Part shown: piece after piece, positions 1 through 13,600 of the stretch
How the letters are laid out: every line of letters starts with the position of its first letter
Numbering within the stretch: position 1 is the first letter of the stretch
From: Geosiphon pyriformis uo1
Taxonomy: Eukaryota; Fungi; Glomeromycota
NCBI GenBank assembly: GCA_016748015.1
Contig: JAAOMT010000128.1
Location: 1,867,538 to 1,931,537 of the forward strand
DNA length: 64,000 nucleotides
Direction: 5' to 3'
Made by a program: the position numbers and the translations under genes
Notes under the pieces: model-generated
Told to the model about the DNA's origin: nothing
Database searches by the model: none
Seen by the model: the letters and a program-made list of their open reading frames with translations, nothing else

Positions 1-3000
1 CGAATCAGCAGAACTTAAAGCAAGCCATGCCCAAGCTGTTAATCTAGTGATAAATAGATTATCTGAATTGGATTCCAAATTGAAACAATTCAGTAATTCA
101 ATTAATCAGAAATTGGAAGAATACTTAGCTGACAATCACGCAATTTATCAACCACCACAATAATGCAATAATTCAGGAAACCTAAATCATTTCCAAAATC
201 AGTTATGTTCATCATTATCAAATTAGCTGTGACAATAAGAGATACATGTCTACCATAATTGTAGTAAACAAGACTACATTAGAGCCGATTGCCAATTTTA
301 TAATAATAACTCATGATTGGGAAATCAATATTGAAACTCTAATCACTGGTTTCCAACTCCGAATCACCAACTCAACCCAGCACCATATCAACCAACTTAC
401 CTGCCAATAATACAACAGCCAATATATTAACCACCCATATATTAATCTCCAGTTTATCAACTACAGCCACTAGTAATATATCAATTACCACAGCCACAAA
501 TAATTTATCAGACATTCACAGTTCAAACACTGCCATTAAACTCTACTCAAATGACATCAGGAAACCCTAAATAGAGAGTTACCCAAAACTGGAGATTAGT
601 GATGGTTATTCACCAACTAATTCCCAGTTCATCCAACCAGCTGTTAGGATCATAACAGTAAAGTTCGGAAATTGGGTATACTCAAAACTCAGGTTCCCAA
701 AACTATTTAAGTTTCTTGGTTACTCCAAAAGATGTCCAACCCAATAATCCAAAAACCAACCAAAAACAATAACTTACCAACAACATATCTCTAGCCACCA
801 TCACCAACAATGAATTACTAGCAGCAATTTTCCCATTTGAACTCGAGAAAACCACACCAGTCCTATTATTCAGTGAAGCCACTCTTGATACCAAACCAAT
901 CACTGCCATGTACACTAATGTGAAAGTTGATGGCCATGCCATCAAACTAATCCTAGACAGTGGATTAGCTGGCAACATCATCACAAAACAACTCATGGAC
1001 CAATTAGGTCACCAAGTTAATTGAGCTGCCAGTGCACAAATTATCACAGCTGATGGAACAACAAAAACTTCTATTGGCGAAATTGATGACTTCCCTATAG
1101 AAATCAACAGTATTACTGTGCCAATCAAAGTATTAGTCATAGAAGCCACACAATATCAAGCCCTCATTGGTAATAACTGGCTGTTCAAAACCAACACGAT
1201 GCTTAATTGGAACACACAAAAGCTCCAACTCAGCCAGAATGGTCAACACACACAGGTACCAGCCACATGTGACCATTTCAAAACTTTCAACACACCAGCA
1301 CCTTTTATCGAATTTGAGGAAGAAAAAGAAAAACCTACCTGGAAAGCTTATCAAGTGTCCTGGATGATGAAAATCACAATGAACTACCACCTATACTTTT
1401 CTGGAACAACAATGGCAAAAGGAAACAGAAGAAGACTGAACTTATCTGAAACACCAACCAAGACTGGAAAAATAACAACAACTCAAACAAACTACCAAGC
1501 TGAGAATGAGAAAAAAATAATAAGAAGAAAGAAGAAAACCTACCTGAAAAAATCACTGCCACAAAAGAAATAACTAGTGGCTGGGAAAGAAAATACTTCC
1601 AAGAACTGATAAAAAAGCCACCATATATTCTTCTCAAATGCAAAGACTGTAGGAAGAAACTGTCTTCCATGGGAGCTTGGATCATGCCAAATGAAGATTA
1701 CTGAACACAAACCCACTATTATTGTAAGCCTTGCCACTGTGAATGCTATGGCTATCCAAAAAGGCAAGGCAAGTGAAACAACAAATCATGTCTCACTTGT
1801 GGCAAACAACTACTTGACAAAGGAATGTGTGATACTTCATGCCAATACATGATCCTCATCAGTGACTGGATAAGTCATGGTATGCAAATAACTGCAGCCT
1901 GGCACCATGCAATATCTCACTTGGATGGTTACCTACACAACGAAGACAAGATCTGGTGAATGGCAAATGCAAAAATAGAAGGAGCCACACTTAGTGAAAT
2001 ATTGGAAATCAAGAACAACCCTCCAGAGCCAGTTAACATTGTTCTGATTCCCAACCCAGATGCCTTCCTAGACTTGGAAGCAGGTCTAGAAAAATTCTAT
2101 GAACATTACCAAAATTTGGCGCCAACCAGAGAAAAACAAAAACAACAGTTGGAAGAAATCAACACTCGACTATGTGATCATTGTTTAATTCCCTGTGACT
2201 TTCAATACTGTAATGAGTGTGACCTCATTTACAATCTATCCATTTGCATGATCTACATAATCCCAGAAGAAGAAAAACCAATCAACAGCTGCAGATCAGA
2301 ATCGGAATCAGTTTTCAATCCCAATTCAAACTTTGACAATGATGATAATGAAAACAATGGTTCCAGTTCTGCTCCAATTAGCAACAAGAATTATGACAAT
2401 TTAAATTCTGATTCATACCCCAAAACATTTATCGCACTTCCTGACCTCACCAAGGAACAAGAACTTAAATGGTTCAGCAATAATGATGAAGGTATTATAC
2501 CAGAATGTGCACATGATATTGATGCAGAGTTTGATCTGAGATATCCAAGAAAAAATTCTCTCAAATTGGAACCACATTCACGCACTTGCATTGATCTGAA
2601 AATAGTACTAGAAATTCTAACAACAATAATGGTTCAATTAGCATCTAGGAGTAGCCTAGCAAAAAAAAATCAACATCAGAGGAGGAATAATTGACACAGA
2701 ATATGTAGGAAATATTATTGCTATGCTACAAAATAACTCAGAAAAAGCATATATTATAGATCCAAACAAAAAAATAGCCCAGACAATATTCCTACCTTTA
2801 GTAAAAATAGCTCAATTAATATCAGTAGGAAACAAGAAAGATACAGGGATTTGGATCAATGGGTAAAATAGACATATCAGTCAATATGGCAGAGGAAAAA
2901 ATTGTTAACAAAGGAGAAATTATCTCAACTCGTTAACCAATTTCCATTTCATCATATGACCAGTATATGTTAGCTATAAAAAGAGAAGTAAAAGATCAAG

Positions 3001-6000
3001 CTCAATTGTTTGAAACAAAAACCACCATTTGTGAAACAGGAGAGATTGGATTTACTAATCTCTACATGTCAGCCAAAAGCTCCAAAAACATCAAAATTTC
3101 CATTTATAATACAACTGGAAAGGTCATCAAAATACCAAAGAGAACTATCATTGGATATTTAACCACTCAAGTTGAGGATCAACCACCAAACCACATTCCA
3201 GATTTTCCACAACTTTGCGAATATGTGGACATCACATCACAAATCATCTATGGATGAAGTAAATATTATCTGCTCCAACCAGAGCAGTTGGAACAGATAA
3301 ACATGGAGAATCTAGACCCACTTCAACAGATGCAACTAAAGATATTACTCAACAATTTCAATAACATCTTTGCAAGTAAAAATGAATTTGGCCACACCAA
3401 TATCATCCAGTATCAGATCAAAACCAGAGATGCAATGTCAATTAAACAAAGAGCATACAAAGTACCACCAGCTAACCATGAGATTATTTGTCAAGAAATC
3501 CATCGGATGCTTGACAATGGGCTAATTCAGCCATCAATGAGTTCATGGTTGTTACCAGTAGTACTAATCTAAAAAAAAAATGGAAAAATTTACTTTTGTG
3601 TAGATTACCGGAAACTGAATGGAGTGATCAAAAGAGATAACTATCCAACTGCAAAGATCCAGCTGACAAAAAGAAAACAGCATTTACCACCAGAGAGAGG
3701 AATTTTGAGTTTGAAGTCATGCCATTTGGCTTGATAAATGCTCCAGCAACATTCCAATGGCTCATGAAAATTGTCTATACTGGATTACTATGGAAATCAG
3801 TAGTTGTATACTTGGATGACACCAATATGTTCTCAAAAACATTCAATGATCATCTGCATTATCTCCAACAAGTATTTGAAAGATTAAGAAGAGCCAAATT
3901 GAAACTAAATGCAACCAAATGTTTCTTTGGAAAAACTGAACTCAAGTTTTTGAGACATGTGGTAAGCAAAGATGGAATCAAAACAGATCCAAACAAGATT
4001 GAAGCTGTCAAGAACTTTCCAGTACCAAATAATCTCACAGAATTGAGAGCATTCTTGGGATTTGCTGGATATTACTACTGCTTCATGAAGGACTTTTTCA
4101 AAATAGTTCAACCACTACACCAACTTCAAACCAAGAATGAAAAGTATGAATGGACTGAAACTCAACAAGAAGCATTCAACACATTAAGAAAAAAGCTTAT
4201 TCAAGCTCCAGTATTGATGTATCCAGACCACAACAAACCATTCATAATCACCATCGATACATCAGACCAAGCATTAGGAGCAGTACTCTTACAAAAAAGA
4301 CTCAATAGAAGGAAACATCCAGTAGCTTATGCCAGTAGAAGCTTAAGTCCAGCTGAAAAGAACTATGGAACTCCAGCACTAGAACACTTAGCTATCTATT
4401 GGGCTGTTATTAAATAGAAAAAATACTTGAGCCAAAAGTTTGAAATATACACTGATCACAAAAAATTGACTTCAATCCAAAAACAAGAATTTGCAGACAA
4501 TTATTATGTCAGATGGAAAATAGAACTTTCACTATTTAATTATACAGTACATTATAAAAAGGAAAAAGATAATGGAAATGCTGACAGACTGTCACGAATA
4601 AGGCAAATCTAAAAACATTCCAACCCAAAAATATAACAAAAGATGAATATACAAAAATACCAATAACTTCAATATTATATAAATACCCAATTGTTCAAGG
4701 AGAAATTATCTCAAAAAAAACAAAGGAACATAAAACAACAATCAAAATATTTTATAAACCATCAAAATATACTTTACCAAAAGAACAGAAGAAATCTAGA
4801 TCAACCAACTAGAATAATCACAGAACCAGAGAAAGAAATAATATTATTCAACATGCACTCAGACCCAACAGCAGGACATTTTTATAAAGAAGAAATTATA
4901 GAAAGTATCAGAAAAAGATACTATTGGCCATCAATGTATCCAGATATTATCTAATATGTTCAAAACTGTGATGCTTGTCAAAAAAAAAAAGAAACAAGAC
5001 CAAGTGAACCATTAAGACCAATCAAAGCAGGACAACCATTTGATCAAATTAGAATTAATTTAGTCAAACCACTAACAATAACCAGCAGAGGCAACAGATA
5101 TATTGCAGTAGTCATGAACTATCTCACCAAATAGCCAAAAGCAAAAGCCATTCAAAGAGCAGATGCAGAATCTATTGCTGAATTTGTTCATCAAGATTTG
5201 ATTTGTTGACATGAATGTCCAAAAAAACTATTATCAGATCAAAGAACTCACTTTGTGAACAGAACATTAGCAGAATTAAGTCAGAGATTTGGAATCAAAA
5301 GACCATTATTATCACCATACTATTCACAAACAAATGGGTTAGTAAAGAGATTTAACAGAACATTGTGTAAAGCAATCACCAAGATCAGTCAAGAAAATCA
5401 GAACAAATGGGATTTGTCTATATCATCAGTATTATTTGCTTATTGGACAATAAAGTAAGACATTACACAAGCAACACCATTTGAATTAGTATACGGTAAA
5501 ACAGCAACATTACCAATTGAGATAGAAGTTACCACTTATCCAACAGAACCAATAACTAAAGACAATTTCCAAGAAACATTGTTGAAAAAAACATATGACT
5601 TAATGGAAACACTAGAAAACAGATAATAAAAAGCAGCTGATAACATCCAAAAGTCACAAAAAAAGCAAAAAGAATGACATGATAATCAACTACCAAATAA
5701 ACCAGTTGAGTTCAAGATTGGAGACAAAGTGCTATTACATCATACCAAAGTGGAAAAACAATGGAGTGGAAAATTCGACCCCAAATGGGATGGACCATTT
5801 CACATAGAAGAAATTCTTGGAAATAGAGCTTATAAATTAAGATAGGACAACAAAATTTTAACCAAAGCAGCACATGGTGATCGACTAAAACCATATCACC
5901 AGATAGCATCATTGTCTACCAATAATATTCCACAACTAGGAGTACAAAGAATACTAGTTTAACCAGAGAAGATTCCACAAGATCTGGAACCAATCATAAT

Positions 6001-6025
6001 TATTGAACCAAACACATCAAATTGA
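1..6025 (+). pseudogene. Gypsy-1 gag-pol (apparently one fused frame), disrupted
   Basis: ORF fragments 1118-1573, 1960-2694, 2967-3257, 3288-3572, 3719-4417, 4427-4612, 4691-4954 and 5255-5458 are collinear pol pieces. There are many stops and frameshifts. A deletion near 3650 removes the RT LDL..GYWQ motif that is present in the other two elements. Confidence 0.9.
2485..2865 (+). pseudogene. dUTPase domain within Gypsy-1 pol
   Basis: DAEFDL (motif I), QLASRSSLAKK (II), GGIIDTEYVGNI (III), KKIAQTIF (IV) and IQGFGSMG (V, partly deleted). Confidence 0.85.
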
Positions 6026-6149
6026 ACAACCAAAAGAGTATATAAAAACACAGTACACATGACAAAAGCAACCAAGAAAAAATGGAAATCCCAGATCATA
6101 TTTACACTATAGCTCAATAATTGTTCTAGGCCTTAAGTGAACAACAGTT

Positions 6150-6720
6150 AAACATGGAAATTGTTATTAACAATTAAATAATTTGCTATCAAAACACTCA
6201 AAGAAAAAAAATACACTATACCAGTGACCACCAAAGAACGACAAAAACTGGACAGATAACTTAATAGAAAAAGTGAAGAACACTTTTGGGAAAATACCTG
6301 TCATGGCACCAACAGAAGAACTTACAAAAGAGAATTAGAAGCAATAAACAGAACAACTTCCAATCTTATACTGCTACTACCAGTTAGGTCAGAAGTTGAA
6401 CATTCAGGAATTGTATATCAACAAATCCAAGAGAATATTTAACCAAAACATAATACAACAAATTGAAGAATTTATTGGAAAGAAGACAAATACAATGCTA
6501 TATGTGAGAACAATTTACCAACTGCACAACATATTTCAGAACTATCCAGAAATACTGTTACATTCTGACATAGAAACCATAATCATTAATTAATAAGGAA
6601 GAATAAACAATACACAAGTAAAAGATGTGAAAAACAGAGTCGAACAAACAATACTTGAAAAAGAAGTATTGGAATTAATTCAAAACAAAGATTTTGATAA
6701 AGCTCAATATTAAAAAAGGA
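6150..6720 (+). pseudogene. Gypsy-1 ORF3 (post-integrase, unknown function), disrupted; boundaries approximate
   Basis: The frame containing ORF 6396-6593 (YYQLGQKLNIQELY...FNQNIIQQIEEFIGKK...YQLHNIFQNYPEILL) aligns by eye with Gypsy-3 ORF 39075-39434. Confidence 0.7.
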
Positions 6721-6728
6721 GGAGATAA

Positions 6729-7585
6729 TGTTACTCATAAAGAAAAACAGATATAGAAAAAATAATAAACCAATAAGCAAATAGTATATAGCACATAAGC
6801 ACATTGCTCAGCAATATAGAGTAATAATAAAAATCATGACACATTGCTTAGCAATATAGAGCAATATCAGAAAACACGACACATTGCTCAGCAATATGGA
6901 GTGATGTTAGAAAATAAGAGCACATTACTTAGCAATGTGAGCATTGCTCAAGAAATTATAGCACATCACTCAGGAATGTGAGCAATTTCATAGAACATCA
7001 ATTATATATATATAGTAGTAGCATTAGAAATAGAAAGAGCAGAATCCATCAGTTAGAAACCTTCCACATTACAAATATTAATAAATAATTATTCACTATC
7101 TTAATTTATTCTCCACTATTAACACTACATGTTGATAGTAATTGATACTTAACCACACTGGAACAATAGCTCTTGATCATGGCTATTAATGAGATACTAA
7201 CTTGTAATTGCTTTCGTTTATTTCTTTATTTTTTTTTTATTTTTTTTGTTTTGTTATTTCTTTGGTTTTATTAAAAAATTGATTAAAAATTAAGTGCTAA
7301 GATACAGACATTATAGTAACTGGTAAAAGACCTGTAAAACAAGAGTAAAACACTCATAGATTTGAAGATAGCTTACCAGGAGGATTACTGGCCACTACAC
7401 TAAGAAAGAAATTTGACGAAACTGTGGTTTCGGGAAGCTATGGATAAAACCATCAATTAAAATCTCTGTTTATTATACAAAGAACTCTACAATAAAACCT
7501 TCAGATATTAACATCTGAGTACCAACCAAGCACCAAGTTACGAATTTATTATTTGACTTGAGACTCCAAATAATCATCTGTAACA
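6729..7585 (+). repeat. Gypsy-1 3' LTR (857 bp)
   Basis: Starts TGTTAC directly after the polypurine tract and ends GTAACA. Contains degenerate GCACATTGCTCAGCAAT-type repeats at ~6790-6990. Confidence 0.85.
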
Positions 7586-8374
7586 CCAATTAGAAATAGA
7601 CATAGTAAAAAGAAAAATTCCAGAATTTTTCTCAATAAATTACAAGATTTCAAAATTCCAAATTTTTTTTAAAGAAATTAAAAAATTTCAAGGAATCCTG
7701 TATAACATAAATTATGTATATATAATAAAAGTATTAAAAGCAGAAAAAAAATAGAAGAAAAGACAATTCAGTTCAAAACAACAATACTCTTTCCTTCAAA
7801 AAATAGTTTTTTATAACTTAAAATAAAATTATACATATATTAATAAAACATTTATTATTATTTAAATTTATGTTATTATTACTTAATTAAAGAAATAATA
7901 ATCTATTCTACACTATCAACACTCTATATTGATAAAATTTAATACTTAATCACACTAAATTAATAGCTTTTAATTATAGTTATTAATGAGATACTAATTT
8001 TTTATTTTTTTTATTTATTTTTATTTATTTTTATTTTGTTTTATTTCTTTGTTGTTTACTAATTGATTAAAAAAATTAAGCACTAAGTAACTAATATTAA
8101 AAATAATCTGATAAAAAACCTGGAAACAAAAATAAAAATTTAAGAATAGCTTACCAAAAGGGCACAACTGTTAAAATAAACCAGTTATTATGCTAAAAAA
8201 AAAATTTACAGAAGAAACCATCAATTAAATTTTTGTTTATTATACAAAGAACTTAACCAAAACCTTCAGACTTCAAAATCTTCAAAAATTACCACCATTT
8301 TCAGTTATTAAGCACCAAATTATAAGTTTGTTATTTGTTATTTGTTTTAATACCCCAAATAATTATCTGTAATA
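7586..8374 (+). repeat. Older, AT-eroded LTR related to the Gypsy-1 LTR (3' part)
   Basis: ~7890-8374 aligns to ~7080-7585 (e.g. TATTAATGAGATACTAA, AAACCATCAATTAAA, ACCTTCAGA, AGCACCAA). The terminus is ATCTGTAATA versus ATCTGTAACA, and differences trend toward A/T. Confidence 0.75.
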
Positions 8375-9352
8375 TTATACAATTTTGGCTTTATTAATAA
8401 GTGTTTTATAAAGAATAAATTTAATAATATAGTTGTTTATATAAATAGATTAATTAAGAATTTGAAGTTTGTAAATGCTTGTGATAGTACTGCTGCTTAT
8501 TTTTTGAATATTAACATAAATATAAAAGTTAGAGTATATGATTTGCTCTTTTTGATTTTAATAGAATTACAGACTATTGTTCTTGCTTTAAAATGTGTTT
8601 TTGTATTCAGCTTAATTGTGTTGTTTATGAATAATCAAGGATTATTAAATATGTGTGTTTTGATTAGAAAAAATATCAGTTCTAATTTTTGCTATAAATA
8701 TTAGATAAAAAAAAAACATATTTATTAAACTATTATGTTAAAAAATCTGTTGATTAATTAGAACAAAGTCAAAAACTATTCTGGAGTTATTGGCAATAAG
8801 CATACAAATTTTTTTTGCTAATACTACTATTATATCTGATTTTACATTGTTTGTTAGAATATTATACTGCTTTTTTGTTATTAAAAACAGACTTATTTCT
8901 GAGAATATTTGTTATTTTATTAAGTATTTGTTTAAAACTATTGGTTGAGAATTCAAATGTGCTAATAATACTATAAATAAGACTTTTTACAACTTTTTTA
9001 ATATGCATAAAATTTTAATATATGACATTCTAATGATCAAAAATCATTTTGGTTTTATTAGCTTTATATCTATAATACTTCAGTCTTATTTTATAAAGAC
9101 TCTATATTATTACTTATTAGTAGCCAAAAAAAAAATTATACAATTCTAATTATTTTGATATATTATGTATCTAATATAAATTAATTAAGAACTTTAATTA
9201 TATGTTTTTATGTATTCATAATAATTGTATTAAAAAGAAACTAATTTTAAATACTATTTGAGAATAGATTGATTTGCTAAGTATCTATATTACTAATTAT
9301 AAAGTAATCTAATTTTTATGTAAAACTAAATCTTTTAATTGTTTATATATAT
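8375..9352 (+). mobile_element. Heavily eroded LINE 'A', RNase H region (left part, interrupted by Gypsy-2)
   Basis: ORF 8462-8704 (AAYFLNININIKVRVYDLLFLILIELQTIVLALKCV) is homologous to the LINE RNase H ORF 20131-20592 (AAAYFSDVDTSIGVKVDGLLSSTLIEMQAIVLVLECV). Confidence 0.8.
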
Positions 9353-9967
9353 TGTTACAGGTTGGAGTAACAAGCTAACGGATAGCAAGGGAGAACAGTA
9401 TTGTATGGTGATGGAAATAAACAAAGAAAAAATTACAATAAGGGAGCAAATTGAATAAGTAAGAATTCAATATACATGATCAGTCTCATAAAAATCACAG
9501 TCACTAATCTTTTCTTAAATCTGAAGATAGAGGAATAGTCCATGATTGTCAACAAGATAACACTGCTATTATTCTATGTCTCAACTCTGTGATTCTTAGA
9601 ATCAATAACAAGTATCATTGTACTTTTTAATCGTTTCTTTATTCAATGAATTACAAGAGCAAGCCAATTGCTTCTCAGGCTAATTCTAACAAATACAAAT
9701 CAAGAAGAAGAAAAGATAAGATATGTGAATGCCAACAAGTAGATACTTGAAGGTAAGAAAAGGGGAATAAGTGATTATGAGAGGAAGTAATTAATATTGT
9801 TTATTTTGTTACTTTGATCATGTCTTTCTACAGCTAAGGGAATCATCACTTATATAGCTATCTAAAGTGGTCAACGATCACTATCTAAAAATAGGATGGC
9901 TAATTATATGACATCAGTGGCTAATACATGTAATAATTAATAAAAACTATGTGTTTCAACCATAACA
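9353..9967 (-). repeat. Gypsy-2 3' LTR (615 bp)
   Basis: TGTTAC...ATAACA; direct repeat of 16300-16953. Confidence 0.95.
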
Positions 9968-10689
9968 TCATCCTCTCCAAAGAGATTGAGCTCTGGCGAA
10001 ATCAAATTATTTATGGGATAGTCTATGTGAAGAGTTTTGTCTAACTCAAAACTAACTAGTTTGTTGAAGTCTTTTGTGGATAGAGTATATAGTACTTGAG
10101 GCAAAATAAGCTTTGTATCCAAGAGACCAAATCTTTGTATTAGAGTTCTGGTTCTTTTAGCAATGGTCAAAACTCTTGGGACATCTAATTGTATAATGCC
10201 CAAAATTTCCACTTGTATTTCTGAAGTTGTTTTCTTTATGAGCTTCATGTCTTCTATGATTTTACCAAGATGACCATAAAGTTTTAGTTGTCTTCCATAT
10301 GACAAGTTTTTGTCTATGGGCAAGATTTCTTGTATTGTTTTTCTAATTGTGCTGGAAGGTAAAAGTATTGCTGCTGTTATGCTTTCCAGCAGGTATTTAT
10401 CCATTTTGCCACTAATTCTTTCTCTTCTGGTAGTTGTTTTCTTTGGTCTAATAACAGTGTGAGTTCTACTATTGTCTGTTATAGTGGTTTGTTTTCTGAT
10501 AGTCAGAGTAGTATTTGGATAGTTCTTGATCCAGTACTCATGGAGAGTATAGAAAGCGTTTTGAATGTTTTGATCCAGAAAATAATTGTTTATGTTGATT
10601 GAAGATACCTCTGTTTTGGGAATGGTGTATTTATTTATATCTAATTTTTGCTGATCATTTGGGTCGGTATTACCACAACAGGTAACCAA
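9937..10689 (-). CDS. Gypsy-2 ORF3, hypothetical protein (250 open codons; first ATG at 10404)
   Basis: Uninterrupted frame that overlaps the integrase end and runs through the PPT into the 3' LTR. No hydrophobic TM stretch is visible. Confidence 0.65.
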   Translation of the reverse strand: MVTCCGNTDPNDQQKLDINKYTIPKTEVSSININNYFLDQNIQNAFYTLHEYWIKNYPNTTLTIRKQTTITDNSRTHTVIRPKKTTTRRERISGKMDKYLLESITAAILLPSSTIRKTIQEILPIDKNLSYGRQLKLYGHLGKIIEDMKLIKKTTSEIQVEILGIIQLDVPRVLTIAKRTRTLIQRFGLLDTKLILPQVLYTLSTKDFNKLVSFELDKTLHIDYPINNLISPELNLFGEDDVMVETHSFY

Positions 10690-13600
10690 TCAGGTCGTTT
10701 GTGATATTTCTTGAGTCGTGTGTTATGAATAGGGTGATCACTGAATATTGTTCTATATTAATCTTGTAAGATATAAGAACCATTGTTCAAAACTTTGTTG
10801 ACTATAAAGGGTCCTTTCCACCAGCTAGAGAATTTATCACCATAGACATTGTCTCTGTCTGAATGGTATTCCAAAACTAAGTCACCAACACTTAAGAAAA
10901 GTGTTTTATAGATCTTTTTCTTTTTGAGCTTCTCTTGGAACTGTTTTATTTTTTCAAAGGCAATTATCCGTGCTTCTATCAATGAGTCAAGAATAGTACC
11001 AAGTCTTCTTTGCAAAATGTCCTTGTAATCTCCTATTGTTATTTCTTCAAAAGGTATTGTTTCTATATCCATTTCTATTGATAGAGTTGCCATTTGTCCA
11101 TAGAGCAAAAAAAAGGGTTCATAACTTGTTATGTCATGATTCACAGTTCTGTAGGCAAACAAAGCTGAAGGCAATACTTTGTTCCATAGATTGGTTTCTT
11201 CACTGGTTTTGGCTAGAGTTTCACATAGTGTTCTATTGAAACGTTCCACTAGGCTATTTGTTTGGGAGTGATAAGGGGAAGAGAATTTATGACGTATTCC
11301 CATTTTTCTGCAAAGTTCTTCAACCAGTGTACTGAGAAAAGCTCTTCCTCTATCAGATAAAAGTTCTTTGGGGCAGCTGTAGTGACAGATAATATCTTCA
11401 TAAATGAAATTGGCAATTGAGACTGCTATTTGATCTGGGGTGGCTCTTGCTTCTACCCACTTTGTAAGATAGTTGGTAGCTGTGATAATGTATCTGTTGC
11501 CATCAGGAGTTACTGTTAAAAATCCAACAACATCTATACCAATTCTATCAAATGGTTAACCAACAAAGATTGGATGGATATCTTCCTTGCGATTGGGTTT
11601 TCCTTTTCTTTGGCAGGTATCACAGGTTTTGATGTATTCAGCAATGTCTTTTCCCAAGGTAGGCCAATAATAGCGAGCTAAAGTTTTCTGAATTGTTTTT
11701 GTTTTTCCAAAGTGTCTAGCTAATGGATCAGTGTGTATATTGTAGATCACAATTTCTCTTTCTTTAAATCTAATAACTCTCTGGGAGTGGTCAAGATCTT
11801 TTCTATTTCTTTTATATAACTGGTTCTGGTGAATCAAATAGAAATTTGATTGTTTGCGCAAATGTTCTCTTTGCTGTCGAGTATAGTCTGGCAGGTATTG
11901 TCTTTTACCCAAAAATTTTATTAAAGCAGAGTAGTTGTCCGAGTCCATTATCGTGTTTGTTTGTGGGGGAGTTACAAATAATTAAGTTGGTTTGGTTTGA
12001 GAGAGTTTTACTATCACTGGATGGTAAGTCTGGAGAGAGTGTTGGTGTTTTGATGATTAGCTCCTTTGCGGTGTTGAATGTTATAGTCAAATTCGTCCAA
12101 GTGGAATATCCAGCAAGTTATCCATTTATGTTCCAGGTTTCTTTTGTTGTGTAGCCAAACCAAAGCTTGGTAATCTGTTACCACCAAAAATTTCACACTC
12201 TTAAGATATTTGTCCCAGTAGCTGGTAGTCCAAACTACTGCTAAGCATTCTTGCTCAGTGACTGAGTAGTTCTTTTCTGCTGGTGTGAGAGTTCTATTGG
12301 CATATGCTATGGCATGTTCTCTGCCATCTTTGTTTTTCTGGGAAAGAATAGCACCAAGTCCATAGCCAGATGCATCAGTGTGGAGGATAAAAAATTGATC
12401 CAAATTAGATTGCATGAAGATGGGTTCTGTAACCAGTTTTTCCTTCAGAATTTCAAATGCTTTTTGTTGATGAATGTCCCAGTGATAATTGATGTTTTTC
12501 CTAAGTAGCTGATTGAGAAAAGCAGCAATTTTGAAGAAATTCTTGACAAACTTGCGATAATAAGAGGCCAAACCAAAAAAAGAGCATAGTTCATAAACAT
12601 TCATTGGTTGTCTAATGTTTTGAACTTTTTCAATTTTGGCTGGATCAGGGAAGATTCCATCTTTTGTAATAAGATGGCCAAGGAACTGGGTGGATTGACG
12701 TCCAAAGAATAATTTGATTGAATTGATCTTGAGACCAGCATTTCTAAGGAGGTCAAAAACCTTTTGCAAATGTTCAAGGTGTTCATTCCAGATTTTTGAG
12801 TATACCATTATGTCGTCCAAGTAGACTAGAACAAAGTTTTCTTTTACTGATTCAAATACTTTGTCCATTAAGCATTGAAATATGAGAGGAGCATTTGTGA
12901 GACCAAAAGGCATAATTGTGAATTCGTAGATACTATACTTGGTGATGAAGGCAGTTTTTTTTCTGCTTTCTGGATCCATCTCTACTTGCCAGAATCTAGT
13001 AGTTAAGTCAATGGTTGAGAAGAAAGCGGCACCATGGAATTGGTCTAGCATTGCATCAATCTTGGGAAGTGGGTACATGTCTCTTTCAGTAATGGTATTT
13101 AATTGGTGATAGTTAACACAAAAGCATAGGGTTCCTCCTTTCTTGGATACCACTACAACTGGGAATGCCCATTCACTCTTGGTTTCCTGTATGAATCCAA
13201 GAGTTTTCATTCGGGTTATTTTTTTTTTGATAAACTCATCATTGTGCCGGTTGGATTGATAGGGCTTCAAATGGATGGGGCAAGTTTTTCTGGTGATGAT
13301 AGTGTGTTGTATCACATGTATATGTCCAGGAGGTTCACTTTCTTTTGAGATAACTGGGCTGTTTCTAGCCAGCAGGTTTTTAATGTCTACTTTTCTTTCT
13401 TTTGGAGAGGGTTCTCTTTGTTCTACAACCAGTGATTGGATTTTAAGTGGTTCGTTTTCAAAAGACTTTTGGACTTTTTTTATTTCCTCTCAGGGTATCA
13501 AGCTGATTGGTTCCCAATCTTTGTAATAGATCAGGCAGGACATGCATTCATCACTAGGAAAATACAATGGTTTGTCGCACCAGCACCGGGCATAAAGACC

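Larger units (their letters stand above)
1..7585 (+). mobile_element. Ty3/Gypsy LTR retrotransposon 'Gypsy-1' (5' part outside window), degenerate, dUTPase-bearing
   Basis: Domain order is gag CCHC remnant (~245-290), protease (IKLILDSG ~940-965), Cys-rich region, dUTPase, RT (MPFGLINAPATFQ, YLDD), RNase H (DTSDQALGAVL, VAYASRSL), integrase (HSDPTAGHF, QTNGLVKRFNRTL, KWDGPF), ORF3, PPT (AAAAAAGGAGGAGATAA), then 3' LTR TGTTAC...GTAACA. Confidence 0.95.

Noticed and set aside
6790-6990. CRISPR-like repeat-spacer pattern (GCACATTGCTCAGCAAT units; also ~38710-38900)
   Set aside because: Degenerate tandem repeats inside LTR U3 with related spacers, in a eukaryotic context with no cas genes.
9937-10689. 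ORF3 as a retroviral envelope
   Set aside because: No signal peptide, fusion peptide or TM anchor is visible, and it is too short.
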